Assembly (NCBI GenBank): GCA_029856525.1
Contig: JAHQXC010000001.1
Coordinates: forward strand, 1-44,963
Direction: 5' to 3'
DNA length: 44,963 nucleotides
DNA from: Candidatus Odinarchaeia archaeon
GTDB lineage: Archaea > Asgardarchaeota > Odinarchaeia > Odinarchaeales > Odinarchaeaceae
Of this stretch, positions 41,565-44,963 are shown one piece after another. The position numbers and the translations under genes are program-made. Numbering within the stretch: position 1 is the stretch's first letter; each line of letters begins with the position of its first letter. A model generated the notes under the pieces. The model had not been told where the DNA came from. It searched no databases and was given only the letters and a program-made list of their open reading frames with translations.

Positions 41565-43838
41565 CTATTCTTCATATTCCGTGTTTAAAACTTCTTTAAT
41601 CATCTTTACTTTCTTTTCACCGATTCCGCTAACCTTTTTCAAATCTTCTTCACTAGAATTAAAAATGTTTATAGGTTTTTTAAACAATTTAAGTAATCTT
41701 CTAGCTAACACTTGATTTATCTGCGGTAGACTTGAGATCAATCTCTCCTGGATTTCGCTTATAGTCACAGGAAGCTTACCTTTTTTTAACGAAAAAGAGG
41801 AGTCGCGAATTGATTGCCGGCGGCTGACTACCGCGTAGATAAGCTTAGCTGTATCATCAGCATCTCTAGACCATAAAATTGGGAGATTATAATCTACTAC
41901 TATACTAGCTAAAGCACCTCTTATAGCGTTTTGGTGAATATTCCTTAAACCGTATAGGCTTTCACCTTCTATTATTAGAATCGGATTCTCATAGACTTCT
42001 TTTAATTTTATAATCTGATCGAATAAACGTTTATCTATCAAAGATTGGAGAAAGTCGGATGCTGTTTTTCTCTCCACAGCCACATCTTCAGATATTACAT
42101 AGTCGCCTGCTGGAAGCTGCTCTGGGATTATACTAACACCCATCTCGGATAACAGTCTTGGTATAGGAGATGAGAGCTCCCTGTGATCGACTATTACTTT
42201 ATAACAGGGCTCATCTCGTTCATTCTCCAAGTATTGTTCAAGAGTAGGCTGAGCGCGCGTTGCATTCACACTTACAGGGGTGATATGTTTAATCAGATGT
42301 TTTAAACTCTTCTGCCTATTGGCTACCATCCAGTAATAGCTTTCATCCCTGGTGCCTTTAGTTAAAAGTATAAGAACATTCCCGGGGGAGCGGCGGCCTG
42401 TTCTACCCTTTCTTTGAATGTAACGGATTACACTAGGAGCGAAATCATAGAAAACAACGAGATCGCATTCACTGATATCTAAACCCTCCTCTGCAACGCT
42501 TGTAGCTACTAAAACATTGAGGGCGCCGGCTTTAAACTCTTCTAATATTTGTAATTGCTCCTTCTGGGATATCCCTTTATCACCCTCCCTGGTAGCCTGT
42601 CCGATAAATCTTTTAGCTTTAATATTAGAGCATCCGTTAAGGGTGTCAGCTAAAAGCATAGCTAGCTCCCTATACTGGCAGAATACTATTACACGTGAGT
42701 TTGGGTGTGTTGAAAGCCACTCAGATACTTTTTTAACAATATAATGAAATTTAGGATGGATTAAACCTTCAGCTAATAGTTTCTGAACATTTTCACGAAG
42801 TTTTCTAATAACAGGGTTTAATAACAAGTTTCTAATCGCACGTGAAGAACCGGATCTAGATCCTTCTTTCTCTAATTTATCGAAGTATTTTTTCAAAACC
42901 ACTAAGCCCTGAGTTTCAACAAGCTCAAGAGCGTGAGATAAGCGGATTGACTCAGCTAAAATAGAGGAGGCTGCTAATAAAATTTGGTCGCCGGGCTCAC
43001 GTTTATCGATCAACTCTCTTAGTTTAGCTTGCAGTTCCAGCATTGTTTTTTTACTTGTAAATTTTTTAAAATCTATTGAAATAAAATTGTTTTTAACTAG
43101 AAAGTCATAATTACCTTTTAGAATAGCCTCAAGCTCTTTTTTTATACTTGAAATTTCTTCAGGCAGTTCTAGTTTAATCCAAGATATATTTGTAGAGACT
43201 ATGTAAGGTTTCACATCAATTGAAGACTCATCACGAGCCTCTATGTTAGATATGTAAAGATTACGACAGACTTCGTTAATTTTCTCAGGTGAAGAACCGG
43301 GAGACGCTGTGAGGGCTAAAATCAGAGGGTGTTTCGAATTCTCCATGTATATTTTAGCTATATTCGGATAAGGGTAGTCTCCTACGCTTCTATGAGCTTC
43401 ATCGAATATTATTAAAGACACATCTGTTATCGTGGTTCTCTTAAATAAGAGATCGTTTTCTAATATTTGAGGCGTTGTGAAGAAAATAATCCCTTTTTTC
43501 CATAGTTCAGCTCTCTCAGACGGTTTTACCTCTCCGGTTAAAGCGATAAGCTTCTCCTCCGGTATATTCATAACTGATTTAAATGTGCTATAATGCTGCA
43601 TCACTAAAGGTTTAGTCGGAGCTAGAAAAATACATTTAGTGTCTGGGAGTTTACTAAGTCTATGAGCGGCGAGCAGAGCGGCGATAAGCGTCTTCCCTAA
43701 ACCAGTGGGCAATATGACTAAAGTATTCTTCTCAGAAGCCGAGGCTAGAATCGTCTCCTGGTAGAGTCTTCTCTCAATAGAATGCTTCTTAATTAGTGGG
43801 TGATCTAAATAGAGGTTGGAATTAGACATTAAGCTCAT
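41565..43838 (-). CDS. hef: Hef helicase-nuclease (FANCM/XPF family, full length)
   Basis: 757 aa. SF2 helicase with PTGLGKT and FDEAH motifs, ERCC4 nuclease with GDYVISEDVAVERKTASDF, and a C-terminal HhH2 (VSGIGEKKVKMI). Confidence 0.9.
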   Translation of the reverse strand: MSLMSNSNLYLDHPLIKKHSIERRLYQETILASASEKNTLVILPTGLGKTLIAALLAAHRLSKLPDTKCIFLAPTKPLVMQHYSTFKSVMNIPEEKLIALTGEVKPSERAELWKKGIIFFTTPQILENDLLFKRTTITDVSLIIFDEAHRSVGDYPYPNIAKIYMENSKHPLILALTASPGSSPEKINEVCRNLYISNIEARDESSIDVKPYIVSTNISWIKLELPEEISSIKKELEAILKGNYDFLVKNNFISIDFKKFTSKKTMLELQAKLRELIDKREPGDQILLAASSILAESIRLSHALELVETQGLVVLKKYFDKLEKEGSRSGSSRAIRNLLLNPVIRKLRENVQKLLAEGLIHPKFHYIVKKVSEWLSTHPNSRVIVFCQYRELAMLLADTLNGCSNIKAKRFIGQATREGDKGISQKEQLQILEEFKAGALNVLVATSVAEEGLDISECDLVVFYDFAPSVIRYIQRKGRTGRRSPGNVLILLTKGTRDESYYWMVANRQKSLKHLIKHITPVSVNATRAQPTLEQYLENERDEPCYKVIVDHRELSSPIPRLLSEMGVSIIPEQLPAGDYVISEDVAVERKTASDFLQSLIDKRLFDQIIKLKEVYENPILIIEGESLYGLRNIHQNAIRGALASIVVDYNLPILWSRDADDTAKLIYAVVSRRQSIRDSSFSLKKGKLPVTISEIQERLISSLPQINQVLARRLLKLFKKPINIFNSSEEDLKKVSGIGEKKVKMIKEVLNTEYEE

Positions 43839-44034
43839 ACCATAAAAATTATCTCATATATAAGTTTCTTTAAATTTATTTAATTAATTGACTTGTTTAG
43901 AATTTAACTTTTTAAATTGTAATCCGATAAAGTTAAATTAAATTAAACTACTATAAATATAGTTGTAATTTAATATTTTAGTCGGTTTATTTTAGTTTAA
44001 TAAACCGGTCTTAAGATTAATATGAGGGATTAGG

Positions 44035-44364
44035 TTGCAAACAGAGGATGCTAAAAAAATTTGCGCGGAATTATACGAGCTTAATATGCCCGGGCAGCTT
44101 ATAGGCAAAGAAGTCGTCGACTCCAAGGCTAGAAGAATAGGCGTAGTCAGAAATTTAAGAGTTTCAATGCCACCTATCAAAACAGAATTAATTATTAAAG
44201 GGTTAGATGTAGAGTTCCCGGTTAACATTGATAATATCGCAGCTGTAGGAACAGTTATACAATTAAATATAGCTGTTAAAGAAGCTGAAGAAATAGAGAT
44301 ACATGATATATTGAAGCTTAGAAAGGAAATCTGGGATGAAGTTAAAAACTGCTTTGAAGGTTAA
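44035..44364 (+). CDS. PRC-barrel domain protein
   Basis: 109 aa. The GKEVVDSKARRIGVVRNLRV pattern is typical of PRC barrels. Confidence 0.55.
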   Translation: MQTEDAKKICAELYELNMPGQLIGKEVVDSKARRIGVVRNLRVSMPPIKTELIIKGLDVEFPVNIDNIAAVGTVIQLNIAVKEAEEIEIHDILKLRKEIWDEVKNCFEG

Positions 44365-44403
44365 CATTTTATATTCTATTTTTAATTTTAAATGGGGAAT
44401 TAA

Positions 44404-44963
44404 ATGGGTAAATTCTTTCTAGGCCCCCTTATCTTAAAATGGTGTAGAATCTGTAATATACCGATTCTTTTAAAAGATAAATGCGGTAAATGCGGAGGAG
44501 ACACTATAAAAGTAGATATAACCCCTCCAGGGGATGTTAGACCGGCTTTCAACGGTGATATAAAAATTATACGGGAAACAGTTGACGCACAATACGGTGA
44601 GGGGGTTGGGGAAAAACTTCTCCCAGATGATAAAATAATACTCCTCAACAAGATAGGGTCAATGGAGAGAAGTGACGAAATAATCTTAGACGGTCAGGTT
44701 ATAGGTATCATAGAATACAGCCCTGTTACTTTAACCTGGCATTTCATACCTAGACTTGAAGCGGCTAGGCGACTTGCAGCTATAAGACTGAAAAAATATG
44801 TGGTTGTAGATGACGGTGCGGTGAAACATATAATAGAAGGAGCTAATGTACTCGCACCAGGTATCATCGAATACGATGAGGGGATTGCAAAAGAAGACTA
44901 TGTAACTATATTAAACCGTGATATGAAGGTTATAGGAGTCGGCATATCCAAGTTTAATGGAAC
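44404..44963 (+). CDS. Zn-ribbon plus PUA-domain RNA-binding protein (partial, runs off window end)
   Basis: Absent from the ORF track because no stop lies in the window. ATG at 44404. N-terminal CRICN...CGKCG ribbon, then a PUA-like segment DDGAVKHIIEGANVLAPGIIEYDEGIAKEDYVTILNRDMKVIGVGIS. Confidence 0.65.
   Translation, partial: MGKFFLGPLILKWCRICNIPILLKDKCGKCGGDTIKVDITPPGDVRPAFNGDIKIIRETVDAQYGEGVGEKLLPDDKIILLNKIGSMERSDEIILDGQVIGIIEYSPVTLTWHFIPRLEAARRLAAIRLKKYVVVDDGAVKHIIEGANVLAPGIIEYDEGIAKEDYVTILNRDMKVIGVGISKFNG

Overview
Chromosomal segment of an archaeon with AT-rich coding DNA, in which stable RNAs stand out as GC-rich islands, the pattern typical of thermophiles. I cannot assign a lineage from the sequence alone. 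The gene content mixes TACK-like and Asgard-like traits: heavily interrupted tRNAs, no tRNA in the rRNA spacer, a full-length Hef, and an OSTC/DC2-like membrane protein.

RNA genes:
- a minus-strand 16S-23S rRNA operon with recognisable processing stems
- RNase P RNA
- tRNA-Ala(UGC), uninterrupted
- tRNA-His(GUG) with two intervening sequences
- an initiator tRNA-Met spread over about 228 nt
- two convergent C/D box sRNAs with 9-10 nt matches to the 23S rRNA in this window

Protein genes (about 45) are mostly housekeeping:
- N-glycosylation and lipid synthesis: AglB (partial), CarS
- DNA repair and recombination: XPD, RadB-like ATPase, RadA, NucS, Hef, a stand-alone LigD phosphoesterase domain
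- translation-factor modification: deoxyhypusine synthase, an NPPY methyltransferase
- mevalonate pathway: HMG-CoA synthase, thiolase and DUF35 protein
- central and nucleotide metabolism: PEPCK, PyrBI, PyrG, PurA
- thiamine synthesis: ThiC, ThiN
- A-type ATPase subunits H, E, F and A only

Most unusual content:
1. An orphan Top6A/Spo11-like gene whose TOPRIM acidic residues are replaced. It sits in a small islet (32.1-34.7 kb) of unassignable ORFs that also holds a PLD-fold protein lacking the HKD lysine.
2. A GC-rich structured element present twice (22.67 kb and 33.58 kb) with compensatory base changes between the copies.
3. The initiator tRNA, whose 3' acceptor strand appears to be split by an intervening sequence.
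4. A 35-nt AT-rich insertion in the 16S rRNA.
5. Two genes (a metallophosphoesterase and RadA) whose conserved or expected N-terminal coding sequence lies upstream of any canonical start codon.

No CRISPR array, transposase or integrase was seen. All calls rest on reading the sequence and on remembered family motifs; no searches were run.
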